39,828 nt of DNA from an uncultured Bacteroidales bacterium (GCA_937871625.1 CALMRD010000332.1:1-39828); one strand, 5' to 3'; shown: positions 15,941 to 27,854, counted from the first letter of the stretch. Notes: generated by a model from the letters alone, not told the origin. Translations and numbers: made by a program.

Positions 15941-17826
15941 CGTGTTGTGCTGTTGACTCTCTCCACCGATGCAGTGCCCGGCCTGACCAGGGGCAGCAGT
16001 TTCAGCGAAGGAGAGGTTATACGATCTCCGATATCGTATTCAGGCCATCTTCTGTCAACTAGCTCTATAGTCTCCCGGTCTGAACAGACCACGTTGGGCC
16101 ATTCTCTCGGGAAGGCCGGAAGTGAGAGTGTCTTGGCGGTGGCGTCGATGAAGAGAGCGCCGCTGTCGAGCCTGTAGAGATCGCGCGAGGGATCACTGTT
16201 ACCGGTGATTAGCCAGGTGATCATCCCGGGGTCATCGGCATCTGCTCCCTCATCCAGGGCAACAATGACAGTGCCGGGCATAGTCAGCGGAGCGGGCAGG
16301 GAGGTGGCAAAGTGTCGCATATCGAGACCCTGCGGCGGTTTTTTTATCGTGAGCACAGCCACCGGCAGTGATTGCTCGGCCATAGTCCTGATGCCTGTGA
16401 TGATATCACCGGTAACAGCGTCGTCGGTGAGGGGAAACAGGGGCAGTGAGTGGTACTCGCCGGTGCGCTCCTCGGGGAGTTTGACAGTGGCATCGATACC
16501 CAGCTTGCCTCCCATGCTGAAGCTGTCGGAAGAGTGATCCAGAACATCAAGCGGACCGCGTGTAAGCAGCAGGTCGGTCTCAAACCTGACATTGCCAAAG
16601 AGAGCCTCTGCCACCGCCAGGTAGTCAGTGACGGATACCCCGTTGCTGACCACAATGATGTATTTGCTGAGCATCATCTGTCCGGCGCCAAAGAGAGCAC
16701 TGAGAACCTTCAGGCCCTGACCCGGGTATCTCTTTTCTATGCTTACAATCACAAGGTTATGTGCCACACCGGCCACCGGCATGTGCAACTCCCTGATCTC
16801 TGGAGCTATGGCCAGCTTGATAGGGGCAAAGAAGATCTTCTCCGTCGCCTTGCCCATCCAGGCATCCTCCATGGGAGGCACGCCTACTACGGTAGCGGGA
16901 TAAACGGCATTCCTGCGGTGCGTGATGCAGGTGACATGAAGGCGGGGGTAGAGGTCAGACAGGGAATAGAAGCCGGTATGGTCACCGAACGGCCCCTCCG
17001 TCACCAGTGGTTCTGCAGGATCAACATAACCTTCAATGACGATGTCAGAGTCAGAGGGCACCCAGAGGTCGTTGGTGAGGCATCTGACAAGAGTGACGCG
17101 CCTGCGGCGCAGGAAGGCTGCCAGGAGATACTCACTGATATCTTCCGGCAGTGGTGCCGTGGCAGCGTAAGTATATACAGGGTCTCCACCCAGGGTTACA
17201 GTGACAGGCATCCGCTCTCCTCTCCTTTTCCACGCCTCAAAATGACGTGCGCCGGTCTTGTGCCTGTGCCAGTGCATGCCTGTGACATCCTTACCCATAA
17301 CCTGCATACGATACATCCCGAGGTTGGTCTTTCCCGTCTCAGGATGCCTCGTATGCACCAGAGGCAGCGTGATAAACCTGCCGGCATCATGCGGCCAGCA
17401 TTTGAGGACTGGCAGTATATCAAGGTCAGGGGCCGTTTCGACAACCTCCTGACACTCGCCTCTTCCCCCCTTTCTGACAGGGGCCAGCCGGAGGAGCTGC
17501 ATCATGCGGGGCAGCTTTGAGAGCTTGCCGGAGAGGCTGCGTGCCCCGCTCACCGATTCGATGAGTGAGAAGATCTCATCACCTGCATCATCCAGGGAAC
17601 TGCGTCCTATGGCTGCGGCCATGCGGCGGTCAGAGGCAAAGGCGTTGATCAGCAGCGGGAAGGCAGTGCCGGTATCCTCAAAGAGAAGGGCCTTGCCTCC
17701 GCTCTTCACCAGGCGGTCAGCGATCTCCGTGATCTCAAGCAACGGACTTACACGGCAACGGACGCGGGTAAGGTCACCGCGGTCATCGAGATAACTTGCA
17801 TATTGGGCCAGACCGTTAAAGGACAT
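15937..17826 (-). CDS. UbiD-family decarboxylase, menaquinone-biosynthesis type
   Basis: LEITEIADR, NLGMYRMQ, EGPFGDHTGFY, GAGQM, DVLDH, GIDAT, extended C-terminal region. Confidence 0.88.
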   Translation of the reverse strand: MSFNGLAQYASYLDDRGDLTRVRCRVSPLLEITEIADRLVKSGGKALLFEDTGTAFPLLINAFASDRRMAAAIGRSSLDDAGDEIFSLIESVSGARSLSGKLSKLPRMMQLLRLAPVRKGGRGECQEVVETAPDLDILPVLKCWPHDAGRFITLPLVHTRHPETGKTNLGMYRMQVMGKDVTGMHWHRHKTGARHFEAWKRRGERMPVTVTLGGDPVYTYAATAPLPEDISEYLLAAFLRRRRVTLVRCLTNDLWVPSDSDIVIEGYVDPAEPLVTEGPFGDHTGFYSLSDLYPRLHVTCITHRRNAVYPATVVGVPPMEDAWMGKATEKIFFAPIKLAIAPEIRELHMPVAGVAHNLVIVSIEKRYPGQGLKVLSALFGAGQMMLSKYIIVVSNGVSVTDYLAVAEALFGNVRFETDLLLTRGPLDVLDHSSDSFSMGGKLGIDATVKLPEERTGEYHSLPLFPLTDDAVTGDIITGIRTMAEQSLPVAVLTIKKPPQGLDMRHFATSLPAPLTMPGTVIVALDEGADADDPGMITWLITGNSDPSRDLYRLDSGALFIDATAKTLSLPAFPREWPNVVCSDRETIELVDRRWPEYDIGDRITSPSLKLLPLVRPGTASVERVNSTTR

Positions 17827-17843
17827 TGAGAAACAGGTTTACA

Positions 17844-17851
17844 CAAATATA
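17844..17851 (-). promoter_or_regulatory. -7 element TATATTTG for the ubiD-spoIIE unit
   Basis: TAnnTTTG match 17 nt upstream of the ATG, just past the eno terminator. Confidence 0.6.
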
Positions 17852-17852
17852 T

Positions 17853-17890
17853 AAAAAAAGAAGGTGGCATGTCAGACACCACCCTCTTCT
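17853..17890 (-). terminator. Intrinsic terminator after eno
   Basis: Minus strand GAGGGTGGTGT-CTGAC-ATGCCACCTTC stem-loop with G-U pairs, followed by a T7 run. Confidence 0.75.
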
Positions 17891-17966
17891 CAGTTTCAGC
17901 TATCGTCAGCGGTGAGATATGGTCAGGCCTGCTGTTGCAGCGCCCGGCACCGTCCGCCAAATGCTG

Positions 17967-19253
<1,287 letters not shown>

Positions 19254-19285
19254 TTATGTTTAAAAATGATCGGTTTGCAAGATAC

Positions 19286-19321
19286 AAAAAAAAGGGATAT
19301 GAGTGTTAGTCGGTATCCCTT
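19286..19321 (-). terminator. Intrinsic terminator after rplQ
   Basis: AAGGGATA...TATCCCTT stem followed by a T run on the minus strand. Confidence 0.7.
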
Positions 19322-19342
19322 AAATCATTGTATGAAGTGATG

Positions 19343-20017
19343 TTATTCCTTCTCTTTGTTTTCCGTTTCCTCTGCATCCTCTTCCGGTCCCACCTCCGGT
19401 GTGGTTTCGCTCTCCTCTGCAGTGGCGGTCACCTGCTCAGCTGCAGGCTCTTCTTCCTGTATGGACTCCAGATCAGTTACGGGCTGCTGTTCTGTCACAT
19501 CTTCAGTAACGGTTGCGGCTGCGGTCTCCTTCACATCTTCAGCCCTGGTGCCGCTCTTTGTCACAGCAGCAGCGGTGGCTGTCTCAGCGCCCTTTTTCTT
19601 CGTGCTGCGGCGGCGGCGTGTGGTTTTGGCTTTGGCGCCCTCGGCAGCAAGCATGTTCTCATTGAAGTCTACCAGCTCAATGATGCACATCTCTGCGGCG
19701 TCACCCAGCCTGTTGCCTGTCTTCAGTATGCGGGTATAACCACCGGGACGGGCAGCGATACGTGGTGCAACCTCCCTGAAGAGCTCAGAGACGGCATTTT
19801 TGTCTTCAAGATAACTGAATACCACCCTGCGCGAATGGGTTGAGTCATCCTTTGACTTTGTGATGAGCGGCTCAACATATCTTCTCAGTGCGCGTGCCTT
19901 TGCGGTGGTGGTTGTAATACGCTTGTGAAGAATGAGTGATGATGCCATATTGGCAAGCAGGGCCTTCCTGTCTGCACTTTTTCTTCCAAGGTGGTTTATA
20001 GCATTTAAATGTCGCAT
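19343..20017 (-). CDS. rplQ: 50S ribosomal protein L17 with long acidic C-terminal extension
   Basis: MRH...[21 protein letters not shown]; follows rpoA. Confidence 0.96.
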   Translation of the reverse strand: MRHLNAINHLGRKSADRKALLANMASSLILHKRITTTTAKARALRRYVEPLITKSKDDSTHSRRVVFSYLEDKNAVSELFREVAPRIAARPGGYTRILKTGNRLGDAAEMCIIELVDFNENMLAAEGAKAKTTRRRRSTKKKGAETATAAAVTKSGTRAEDVKETAAATVTEDVTEQQPVTDLESIQEEEPAAEQVTATAEESETTPEVGPEEDAEETENKEKE

Positions 20018-20039
20018 TTCTCTCTCTGCTTACCTGTTA

Positions 20040-21032
20040 TTAATCTTTGTCGAGTTTATATTTTGCCACATCCATCCCGAATGAGAGATTCATTGTCTCA
20101 AGAAGCTCGTCGAGTTCAGTAAGTGACTTCTTGCCGAAGTTGCGGAACTTGAGCAGGTCATTCTTGTTGAATTTGACGAGGTCGCCCAGTGACTCCACCT
20201 CTGCTGCCTTGAGGCAGTTGAGTGCCCTGACCGAGAGGTCAAGGTCAACGAGTTTGGTTTTGAGCAGCTGGCGCATATGGAGGATCTCTTCATCGAACTC
20301 CTCGTTGGCCAGTTTGTCTTCATAATCAATGGTGATCTTGTCTTCGGAGAAGAGCATGAAGTGGTAAATAAGTATCTTTGCCGCCTCCTTGAGTGCATCC
20401 TTCGGATGGATGGAACCGTCAGTGGTAATCTCCACTATCAGCTTCTCATAGTCGGTCTTCTGCTCAACCCTGTAGTTATCAATGGAATACTTCACATTGC
20501 GGATGGGGGTGAATATTGAGTCAATGGCTATGACTCCGAATTCAGCCTCTTCGGGCTGGTTTTCCTCGGCCGGGACGTATCCTCTGCCCTTGCTGATGTT
20601 GAGTTCTATCTGCAGTTTGACATCAGGTTCCATACGGCAGATGACCAGTTCGGGGTTAAGCACCTCGAAGCTGCTCAGTGAGTTGTTCAGGTCACCGGCT
20701 TTGAACTGTTCCTGGTCGGACAGTTTGACAACAATCTTTTCGTTGTCAATATCCTCTACCATCTTTCTGAATCGCACCTGCTTGAGGTTCAATATTATCT
20801 CAGTCACATCTTCCATTACCCCTGTGATGGTGGAGAACTCATGGTCAACACCTTCGATCTTGATGGTGGTGATGGCATAGCCTTCGAGTGATGAGAGGAG
20901 GATTCTCCGGAGGGCATTACCTACTGTTATGCCATAGCCGGGTTCAAGCGGGCGGAATTCAAATTTTCCGTACTGGTCGTCCGCTTCCAGTAATATTACT
21001 TTGTCAGGTTTCTGGAATGCTAATATGGCCAT
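20040..21032 (-). CDS. rpoA: RNA polymerase alpha subunit
   Basis: [37 protein letters not shown]. Confidence 0.99.
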   Translation of the reverse strand: MAILAFQKPDKVILLEADDQYGKFEFRPLEPGYGITVGNALRRILLSSLEGYAITTIKIEGVDHEFSTITGVMEDVTEIILNLKQVRFRKMVEDIDNEKIVVKLSDQEQFKAGDLNNSLSSFEVLNPELVICRMEPDVKLQIELNISKGRGYVPAEENQPEEAEFGVIAIDSIFTPIRNVKYSIDNYRVEQKTDYEKLIVEITTDGSIHPKDALKEAAKILIYHFMLFSEDKITIDYEDKLANEEFDEEILHMRQLLKTKLVDLDLSVRALNCLKAAEVESLGDLVKFNKNDLLKFRNFGKKSLTELDELLETMNLSFGMDVAKYKLDKD

Positions 21033-21050
21033 ATGAATATTATTACTTTA

Positions 21051-21659
21051 TTACTTGGAATATAGTTCAACGATAAGCTGTTCCTTGATCTCCTCGGGTA
21101 TCTCCGAGCGTTCGGGGACGCTCATGTATTTACCGGCCATCTGTGTCTCATCCCATTCGAGCCATGCCAGCCTTGAGCGGCGGTTTGACTCCAGTGATTC
21201 GGTTATTGTCTCGAGCGATTTTGACTTCTCGCGCACACCAATGATATCGCCAGGGCGGAGCAGGAAAGATGGTATATTGACCACATTGCCGTTAACGGTT
21301 ATGTGACGGTGAGACACAAGCTGCCGTGCTGCTGCTCTTGTCGGGGCAACGCCGAGGCGGTACACCACGTTGTCGAGGCGTGATTCGAGCATCTGGAGCA
21401 GGACAAGTCCGGTGACGCCCGATGTGGATGATGCTTTCTCGAAGAAATTGCGGAACTGACGCTCAAGCAGGCCGTAGGTATATTTCACCTTCTGCTTTTC
21501 GCGGAGCTGCACGCCATATTCGGAGGTCTTCTTCCTCTTTTTTGTCAGGCCGTGCTGTCCGGGAGGAAAGTTCTTCCTGTCGAGGTTTTTGTCAGGGCCG
21601 AAAATGGGCTCTCCGAATTTCCTGGCGATCTTTGATCTTGGTCCTGTATATCTTGCCAT
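21051..21659 (-). CDS. rpsD: 30S ribosomal protein S4
   Basis: [31 protein letters not shown]. Confidence 0.99.
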   Translation of the reverse strand: MARYTGPRSKIARKFGEPIFGPDKNLDRKNFPPGQHGLTKKRKKTSEYGVQLREKQKVKYTYGLLERQFRNFFEKASSTSGVTGLVLLQMLESRLDNVVYRLGVAPTRAAARQLVSHRHITVNGNVVNIPSFLLRPGDIIGVREKSKSLETITESLESNRRSRLAWLEWDETQMAGKYMSVPERSEIPEEIKEQLIVELYSK

Positions 21660-21704
21660 TGAATTGAACTGTTTTTCGTTAATTAAAATGATAATTGGGG
21701 CCTT

Positions 21705-22094
21705 TTACACTCTTCTGCGTGAAGGCGGGCGGCATCCGTTATGAGGCATGGGAGTGACATCAACGATCTCGGTGACCTCCACCCCGCTGTTGGATATTGA
21801 GCGGATAGCTGATTCACGTCCCGATCCTGGTCCCTTGACAAACACCTTCACCTTGCGAAGGCCCAGTTCATAGGCGACTTTGGTGCACTCTTCGGCTGCC
21901 ATCTGAGCGGCATAGGGAGTATTTTTCTTGGAACCCCTGAAGCCCATCTTACCGGCCGAGGCCCATGATATAACCTGTCCTGAGCTGTTTGTCAGGCTTA
22001 TAATTATGTTGTTGAATGATGAATGAACGTGAGCCTGTCCCACCGGTTCAACCTTGACGACCTTCTTCTTCTGTGTCCCAGTCTTCTTTGCCAT
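21705..22094 (-). CDS. rpsK: 30S ribosomal protein S11
   Basis: [20 protein letters not shown]. Confidence 0.99.
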   Translation of the reverse strand: MAKKTGTQKKKVVKVEPVGQAHVHSSFNNIIISLTNSSGQVISWASAGKMGFRGSKKNTPYAAQMAAEECTKVAYELGLRKVKVFVKGPGSGRESAIRSISNSGVEVTEIVDVTPMPHNGCRPPSRRRV

Positions 22095-22101
22095 ATGTTA
22101 A

Positions 22102-22479
22102 TTATTTAGTAGCTTTTTTCTTGTTGGCAACAGTCTTCTTGCGTCCCTTGCGTGTACGGGCATTGTTCTTGGTGCTCTGTCCGCGTACGGGAAGCCCGAT
22201 ACGGTGACGGATACCGCGGTAGCATCCTATATCCATCAGCCTTTTTATGTTGAGCTGTGTCTCGGAGCGCAGTTCGCCTTCCAGTTTATAATTCTCGGCC
22301 AGGACCTGACGGATAGCGTTTATGTTATCGTCATTCCACTCATCAACCTTCATGTGGCGGTCAACGCCAGCGCTGTCAAGCACTTTCTGTGCCGTGCTGC
22401 GTCCTACCCCATAGATGTAGGTAAGAGCTATTTCGCCCTGCTTGTTCCTCGGTAGGTCTACCCCATTAATACGTGCCAT
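22102..22479 (-). CDS. rpsM: 30S ribosomal protein S13
   Basis: [22 protein letters not shown]. Confidence 0.99.
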   Translation of the reverse strand: MARINGVDLPRNKQGEIALTYIYGVGRSTAQKVLDSAGVDRHMKVDEWNDDNINAIRQVLAENYKLEGELRSETQLNIKRLMDIGCYRGIRHRIGLPVRGQSTKNNARTRKGRKKTVANKKKATK

Positions 22480-22501
22480 ATACCTCTTTTAATTTGAAGT
22501 G

Positions 22502-22509
22502 CAAAGTTA
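22502..22509 (-). promoter_or_regulatory. -7 element TAACTTTG, internal promoter for the rpsM (alpha) operon
   Basis: TAnnTTTG followed by CA, between rpmJ and rpsM. Confidence 0.7.
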
Positions 22510-22516
22510 ATCAAAT

Positions 22517-22633
22517 TTATCCCTGCCTCTGCTTGAACTTGGGATTTTTCTTATTTATCACATACAGACGCCCGTTACGCCTCACTATCTTGCAGTTGGC
22601 TGAGCGTTTTTTGACTGATGCTCTTACTTTCAT
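22517..22633 (-). CDS. rpmJ: 50S ribosomal protein L36, zinc-independent type
   Basis: Manual translation [38 protein letters not shown] (38 aa); too short for the ORF track. Confidence 0.97.
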   Translation of the reverse strand: MKVRASVKKRSANCKIVRRNGRLYVINKKNPKFKQRQG

Positions 22634-22647
22634 CGCTCTGTTTCTTT

Positions 22648-22866
22648 CTATTTAAATCTGAATGTTATTCTTCCTTTAGTCAGGTCATACGGAGACATCT
22701 CCACCTTGACCTTATCTCCGGGCAGGATCTTGATATAATGCATTCTCATCTTGCCTGAGATGTGTGCGGTTATTATATGTCCGTTTTCGAGCCTGACCCT
22801 GAACATCGCGTTTGACAACGCCTCGATGATCGTTCCGTCAATCTCTATTGATGGTTGTTTGGCCAT
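22648..22866 (-). CDS. infA: Translation initiation factor IF-1
   Basis: [18 protein letters not shown]. Confidence 0.99.
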   Translation of the reverse strand: MAKQPSIEIDGTIIEALSNAMFRVRLENGHIITAHISGKMRMHYIKILPGDKVKVEMSPYDLTKGRITFRFK

Positions 22867-22870
22867 ATTG

Positions 22871-23650
22871 TTACCTCTTTGTTAATACTTCTTCTATATA
22901 TTCAAATGTTGTCAGCTGGTCGGCCTTACCCTCCCTGACTGCAACAGCGTATTCATAATGGGCTGACGGCTTGCCGTCGCCGGTACTTACCGTCCATCCG
23001 TCGGCGGCGACCTTTGTGTTCCTCGTGCCCATGTTTATCATCGGCTCTATGCAGATGACCAGGTTCTTTTCAAGTCGTGTGCCGCTGCCTCGTTTGCCGA
23101 AGTTGGGCACCTCAGGACCCTCGTGCAGGTTCCTGCCAATGCCGTGCCCCACCAGGGTGCGCACCACCGAGTAGCCTCCGCTTTCGGCCTTCTTCTGCAC
23201 TGCATGGGATATGTCTCCCACGCGGTTGCCGGCCACTGCCTCCTTCACTCCGGCCTCAAGAGAGGCACGTGTAAACTCAAGCAGGCGCATGATATCGGGG
23301 CTCACCTCTCCCACCGGGAAGGTATAGGCACTGTCGCCATAGAAGCCGTCCAGTATCACCCCGCAGTCTACGGAGATGATGTCACCCTCCTTCAGGGTGT
23401 AGTCCGACGGTATTCCGTGCACCACCCTGTCATTGACAGATGTGCAGAGCGTATTCGGGTATCCGGCATAGCCCTTGAAGCCTGGCAGGGCGCCGTGATC
23501 ACGTATGAAGGTCTCGGCGATGCCATCGAGATGAAGTGTTGTCACTCCCGGCCTGATATGCCGTGCCAGCTCTGCCAGCGTTTGCGAAACGAGCTGATTG
23601 CTCTGTCGCAGGAGCTCTACCTCCTCATCTGTCTTAATATAAATCATCAA
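22871..23650 (-). CDS. map: Methionine aminopeptidase type I
   Basis: CTSVND, VHGIP, GHGIG, HEGPEV, IEPM, SAHYE. Confidence 0.97.
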   Translation of the reverse strand: MMIYIKTDEEVELLRQSNQLVSQTLAELARHIRPGVTTLHLDGIAETFIRDHGALPGFKGYAGYPNTLCTSVNDRVVHGIPSDYTLKEGDIISVDCGVILDGFYGDSAYTFPVGEVSPDIMRLLEFTRASLEAGVKEAVAGNRVGDISHAVQKKAESGGYSVVRTLVGHGIGRNLHEGPEVPNFGKRGSGTRLEKNLVICIEPMINMGTRNTKVAADGWTVSTGDGKPSAHYEYAVAVREGKADQLTTFEYIEEVLTKR

Positions 23651-23664
23651 AGAACGAAAAGGAA

Positions 23665-24993
23665 TCAGATAGCCGTTACGGCTCCGGTCCTGCCCTTGAT
23701 GCGGCCCGACTTCATCAGGCCGTCATAGTGGCGCATGAGCAGATGACTTTCTATCTGCTGGAGAGTATCAAGGACGACGCCCACGAGAATGAGGAGCGAC
23801 GTACCTCCAAAGAACTGTGCGAACTCACCGCTGACGCCAAAGTTAACGGCGAAGGCGGGGAGGATGGCTATGATAGCCAGGAAGATAGATCCAGGGAGGG
23901 TGATCCTTGACATGATGGTGTCAATGAACTCGACGGTCTTGCGCCCTGGTTTGATACCGGGAATGAAACCGCCGTTCTTCTTCATGTCTTCAGCCATCTG
24001 TACCGGGTTGATTGTAACCGCGGTATAGAAGTAGGTGAAGAGTATTATGAGCAGGGCGGTGACCATGTTGTACCAGAATCCGTACATATTGGTAAAGGCC
24101 ACCACGAAGCCCGACCCCGATTCGCTGAAGCCGGCGAAGATGATGGGCAGCATCATGATCGCCTGGGCGAAGATGATGGGCATAACACCGGCTGCGTTCA
24201 CCTTGAGGGGTATATACTGTCTGACGCCGCCGTACTGCTTGTTGCCTACGATACGCCTGGCATACTGCACGGGAATCCTTCTGGTGCCCTGCACCAGCAG
24301 CACAGAGCCCAGTATCACCAGGAAGAGGAATACTATCTCTATCAGCAGTGCGATGAGGCCGCCAGAGCCGTTGATGCGGGTACCTGTCTCAAACACGAAT
24401 GCGACGGGGAAGCGGGCAATGATGCCCACCATGATTATAAGTGAGATTCCGTTACCTATACCTTTATCCGTTATTCTTTCGCCAAGCCACATGACAAATA
24501 TTGTGCCGGCGGTGAGAATGATTACCGAGGAGATCTTGAAGAACATCCCCTGGAGCACAAAGGCTTCCGGAGGCAGGATGGCGTGCAGGTTGGCCAGGTA
24601 TGTGGGCGCCTGCAGGACCAGGATGGCCACGGTGAGATACCGTGTGTACTGGTTCATCTTGCGTCTGCCGCTCTCACCCTCCTTCTGCAGTTTCTGGAAG
24701 TAGGGAAAGACGATGCCGAGCAGCTGTATAACGATTGAGGCGGAGATATAGGGCATGATGCCGAGGGCAAAGATGGATGCCTGTGAGAAGGCGCCGCCGG
24801 AGAACATGTCAAGCAGTCCCATAATCCCGCTTGATGTCTGGCTCTGCAGGTTCTCAAGCATTGACGGGTCTACGCCCGGCAGCGTGATATATTTACCCAG
24901 ACGGTAGAGGGCCACGATGCCAAGGGTGTAGAGTATCCTTGCTCTCAGATCCTCAATCTTGAAAATATTCTTTATGGTCTGTATGAATTTCAT
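23665..24993 (-). CDS. secY: Preprotein translocase subunit SecY
   Basis: SIFALGIMPYISASI, GIGNGISL, FIPGIKPG, GGTSLLI. Confidence 0.99.
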   Translation of the reverse strand: MKFIQTIKNIFKIEDLRARILYTLGIVALYRLGKYITLPGVDPSMLENLQSQTSSGIMGLLDMFSGGAFSQASIFALGIMPYISASIVIQLLGIVFPYFQKLQKEGESGRRKMNQYTRYLTVAILVLQAPTYLANLHAILPPEAFVLQGMFFKISSVIILTAGTIFVMWLGERITDKGIGNGISLIIMVGIIARFPVAFVFETGTRINGSGGLIALLIEIVFLFLVILGSVLLVQGTRRIPVQYARRIVGNKQYGGVRQYIPLKVNAAGVMPIIFAQAIMMLPIIFAGFSESGSGFVVAFTNMYGFWYNMVTALLIILFTYFYTAVTINPVQMAEDMKKNGGFIPGIKPGRKTVEFIDTIMSRITLPGSIFLAIIAILPAFAVNFGVSGEFAQFFGGTSLLILVGVVLDTLQQIESHLLMRHYDGLMKSGRIKGRTGAVTAI

Positions 24994-24996
24994 GCC

Positions 24997-25443
24997 TTAC
25001 AGTTTAACTGCGGTTCCCTGATTAGCTTCTATTGCTGCCTGGGCTGACTTGCTGAAAGCATGGGCATGCACCTCGAGCTTCTTCGTCAGCGTACCGTTGC
25101 CGAGTATCTTTACCAGTGAGTTCTTGTTTATCAGACCGGCGGTGAGCATCGTCTGTATGTCTATGCGGTCACTCTTGAGCTTCTCGGCAAGTTTGTCGAG
25201 CGTGCTGAGATTGATGCCCTTGTATTCAACCCGGTTTATGTTTTTGAATCCCGACTTGGGCACGCGTCTCTGCAAAGGCATCTGACCGCCTTCAAAACCG
25301 ACCTTCTTGCTGTAGCCCGAACGTGACTTGGCACCCTTGTGACCGCGTGTTGAGGTACCGCCCCGTCCTGATCCTTCACCGCGGCCGATGCGCTTCTCTT
25401 TTTTCACCGACCCTGGTGCCGGTTTTAAATTGCTTAAATCCAT
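24997..25443 (-). CDS. rplO: 50S ribosomal protein L15
   Basis: GRGEGSG, FEGGQMPL. Confidence 0.99.
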   Translation of the reverse strand: MDLSNLKPAPGSVKKEKRIGRGEGSGRGGTSTRGHKGAKSRSGYSKKVGFEGGQMPLQRRVPKSGFKNINRVEYKGINLSTLDKLAEKLKSDRIDIQTMLTAGLINKNSLVKILGNGTLTKKLEVHAHAFSKSAQAAIEANQGTAVKL

Positions 25444-25472
25444 TTTACAATATATGTAATGCAGTTAATATC

Positions 25473-25652
25473 CTATATTTTCTCCATCCTGACCAGGTGT
25501 TCAAGCTTCCTGACCATACCCATTACCTGCGGGGAGTCGTCATGCTCTACTGTCTGATGCATCTTCTTCAGGCCCAGTGCGTCGAGTATCCTCTTCTGTC
25601 TCTCGGGCTGGCCTATCCTGCTTTTTACCTGGGTTATCCTTATTCTTGCCAT
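25473..25652 (-). CDS. rpmD: 50S ribosomal protein L30
   Basis: Manual translation MARIRITQVKSRIGQPERQKRILDALGLKKMHQTVEH...GMVRKLEHLV (59 aa), between rpsE and rplO. Confidence 0.96.
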   Translation of the reverse strand: MARIRITQVKSRIGQPERQKRILDALGLKKMHQTVEHDDSPQVMGMVRKLEHLVRMEKI

Positions 25653-25666
25653 TGGTGCAGATCTTT

Positions 25667-26182
25667 CTAACCGTTAAATACTTTTTCCATTGTTACTCCC
25701 CTGTGGTCAGCCACGGTGCTGGCATCACGCATCTCGAGCAGTGCAGCTATGGTAGCCTTTACAAGGTTGTGCGGGTTTGATGAGCCCTTTGACTTGGCCA
25801 GCACGTTTCTTACGCCTACACTCTCAAGGACGGCACGCATGGCGCCTCCTGCCTTGACACCGGTTCCTTCCGATGCGGGCTTGATGAATACGTATGCCCC
25901 GCCGAACTTGCCGTACTGCTCATGAGGTATGGTTCCCTTGAAAACCGGCACCTTGATGAGGTTCTTCTTGGCATCTTCTATGCCCTTGGCAATGGCAGTG
26001 GTAACCTCGCTTGCCTTACCGAGGCCGTGACCTACTATACCTTTCTCATCGCCGACGACGACGATGGCCGAGAAGCTGAATGTGCGGCCTCCCTTTGTCA
26101 CCTTGGTTACCCTCTGGATGCTTACCAGCCTGTCGGTAAGTTCAAGATCACTGTTCTTAATTCGCTTTGTTCCGTATGCCAT
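25667..26182 (-). CDS. rpsE: 30S ribosomal protein S5
   Basis: [17 protein letters not shown]. Confidence 0.99.
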   Translation of the reverse strand: MAYGTKRIKNSDLELTDRLVSIQRVTKVTKGGRTFSFSAIVVVGDEKGIVGHGLGKASEVTTAIAKGIEDAKKNLIKVPVFKGTIPHEQYGKFGGAYVFIKPASEGTGVKAGGAMRAVLESVGVRNVLAKSKGSSNPHNLVKATIAALLEMRDASTVADHRGVTMEKVFNG

Positions 26183-26187
26183 ACTGT

Positions 26188-26547
26188 TTAAAATTTTAAG
26201 CCGCCTTGACGTGCTCCGTCAGCTAATGATTTTACTCTGCCATGATATTGGTAACCGTTCCTGTCAAAGACAACGCTCTCGATGCCCTTCGCCTTGCAGA
26301 CCTCGGCAAAATGCTTGCCCACAAGGGCAGCCACCTCGATCTTCTTCTTGCCAGTGACGGAGGCTATCTCCTTCTCCCTGGAACATGCCGATGCAAGTGT
26401 CACACCATTGACATCATCAACAGCCTGAATATATATCTGCTTGTTACTGCGGTATACCGTTATCCTTGGTTTCGCCGGCGTGCCTTTTATGCTCCTGCGG
26501 ATCCTCAGTTTGATCTTTTCTCTCTTTTCTGTCTTTGTTAAAGCCAT
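26188..26547 (-). CDS. rplR: 50S ribosomal protein L18
   Basis: [21 protein letters not shown]. Confidence 0.98.
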   Translation of the reverse strand: MALTKTEKREKIKLRIRRSIKGTPAKPRITVYRSNKQIYIQAVDDVNGVTLASACSREKEIASVTGKKKIEVAALVGKHFAEVCKAKGIESVVFDRNGYQYHGRVKSLADGARQGGLKF

Positions 26548-26567
26548 GACATCACTGTTTAATCATG

Positions 26568-27122
26568 TTATACACCAGCCGATTTGCCGGCTTTTCTCCT
26601 GAGTCTTTCACCCACGAACTTAATCCCTTTGCCTTTGTAAGGTTCCGGCGGACGCAGCGATCTGATCTTTGCTGCCACATGCCCTATGAGCTGCTTGTCA
26701 ATGCTCGACAGGGTGATGACGGGGTTGCTCCTCTTCTCGGTCTTGGTTTCGACCTTTATCTCCTGCGGCAGTTCTATTACAATATCGTGTGAATAGCCAA
26801 GGTTCATCTCGAGACGCTGACCGTTGGCCTCGGCACGGTAGCCTACGCCCACCAGCTCCAGGTCCTTCCGGTAGCCTTTGGAGACACCTACAACCATATT
26901 GGCTATCAGGGCCCTGTAGAGGCCATGAAGCGACTTGAGTCTCTTCTCGTCATTCGGTCTTGAGAGCACCAGCTCATTGTTTTCAACCTCAACCCTTATG
27001 TCACTGTCAATCTTCTGTGACAGCGTTCCCAGCGGACCCTTGACAGTTACCACATTGGCGTCATCCACTGTAACAGTGACGCCTGATGGCAGGGATACCG
27101 GCAATTTTCCTATTCGTGACAT
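26568..27122 (-). CDS. rplF: 50S ribosomal protein L6
   Basis: MSRIGKLP start, PEPYKGKG. Confidence 0.99.
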   Translation of the reverse strand: MSRIGKLPVSLPSGVTVTVDDANVVTVKGPLGTLSQKIDSDIRVEVENNELVLSRPNDEKRLKSLHGLYRALIANMVVGVSKGYRKDLELVGVGYRAEANGQRLEMNLGYSHDIVIELPQEIKVETKTEKRSNPVITLSSIDKQLIGHVAAKIRSLRPPEPYKGKGIKFVGERLRRKAGKSAGV

Positions 27123-27128
27123 TTGAAT

Positions 27129-27137
27129 CCTCCTCCT
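27129..27137 (-). promoter_or_regulatory. Strong Shine-Dalgarno sequence AGGAGGAGG for rplF
   Basis: 6 nt upstream of the rplF ATG. Confidence 0.7.
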
Positions 27138-27139
27138 GT

Positions 27140-27535
27140 TTAATAAACATAACAAATTACTTCACCCCCGACATTCTCTTTTTTGGCCTCCTTCTCGGTC
27201 ATGACACCGGCAGAGGTTGAGAGAATGGCTATTCCCAGTCCGTTGAGGACTCGCGGGAGCTTGTCAACGCCTACGTACTTCCTGAGGCCGGGACGGCTCA
27301 CCCTGCGTATCGACTTGATAGCCGGCAGCTTGCTCTTGGGATGATACTTGAGGGCGATCTTTATCTTGCCCTGGAGGTCATCATCAATGAACTTATAGCT
27401 GAGGATGTATCCTTTTTCGTAGAGTATCCTGGTGATATCCTTCGTCAGACCGGAAGCCGGGGTCTCGACAACCTTGTGACCGGCTTTTACGGCATTTCTC
27501 ACTCTGGTAAGAAAATCTGCTATTGGATCTGTCAT
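27140..27535 (-). CDS. rpsH: 30S ribosomal protein S8
   Basis: MTDPIADFLTRVRN, SRPGLR. Confidence 0.99.
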   Translation of the reverse strand: MTDPIADFLTRVRNAVKAGHKVVETPASGLTKDITRILYEKGYILSYKFIDDDLQGKIKIALKYHPKSKLPAIKSIRRVSRPGLRKYVGVDKLPRVLNGLGIAILSTSAGVMTEKEAKKENVGGEVICYVY

Positions 27536-27572
27536 CTTATTGTAGTTAATAGTTTATATCTCTGTCGGGTTG

Positions 27573-27842
27573 TTACCAGCTTGCCTTTCTTACGCCCGGG
27601 ATGAGTCCTTTGGAGGCCATCTCCCTGAATGTGATCCTGCTGACGCCAAACTGTCTCATGTAGCCTCTGGGTCTGCCGGTGATCTTGCACCTGTTGCGCT
27701 GCCTGATGGGGTTTGAGTTGCGCGGCAGGGTGCTCATAGCGATGTAGTCTCCTTCTGCTTTGAGGGCTGCCCTTTTGGCGGCGTATCTTTTTGCAAGTCT
27801 GGCGCGTTTGACCTCGCGGGCTTTCATTGATTCTTTAGCCAT
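27573..27842 (-). CDS. rpsN: 30S ribosomal protein S14, long zinc-independent type
   Basis: [26 protein letters not shown]. Confidence 0.98.
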   Translation of the reverse strand: MAKESMKAREVKRARLAKRYAAKRAALKAEGDYIAMSTLPRNSNPIRQRNRCKITGRPRGYMRQFGVSRITFREMASKGLIPGVRKASW

Positions 27843-27854
27843 ATTCCGATCTGT

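Noticed and set aside
16450-17520. 356-aa ORF antisense to ubiD
   Set aside because: Lies wholly opposite a conserved gene; typical antisense shadow with no motifs
23651-23664. No adk between secY and map
   Set aside because: secY-map-infA is an ordinary Bacteroidota arrangement
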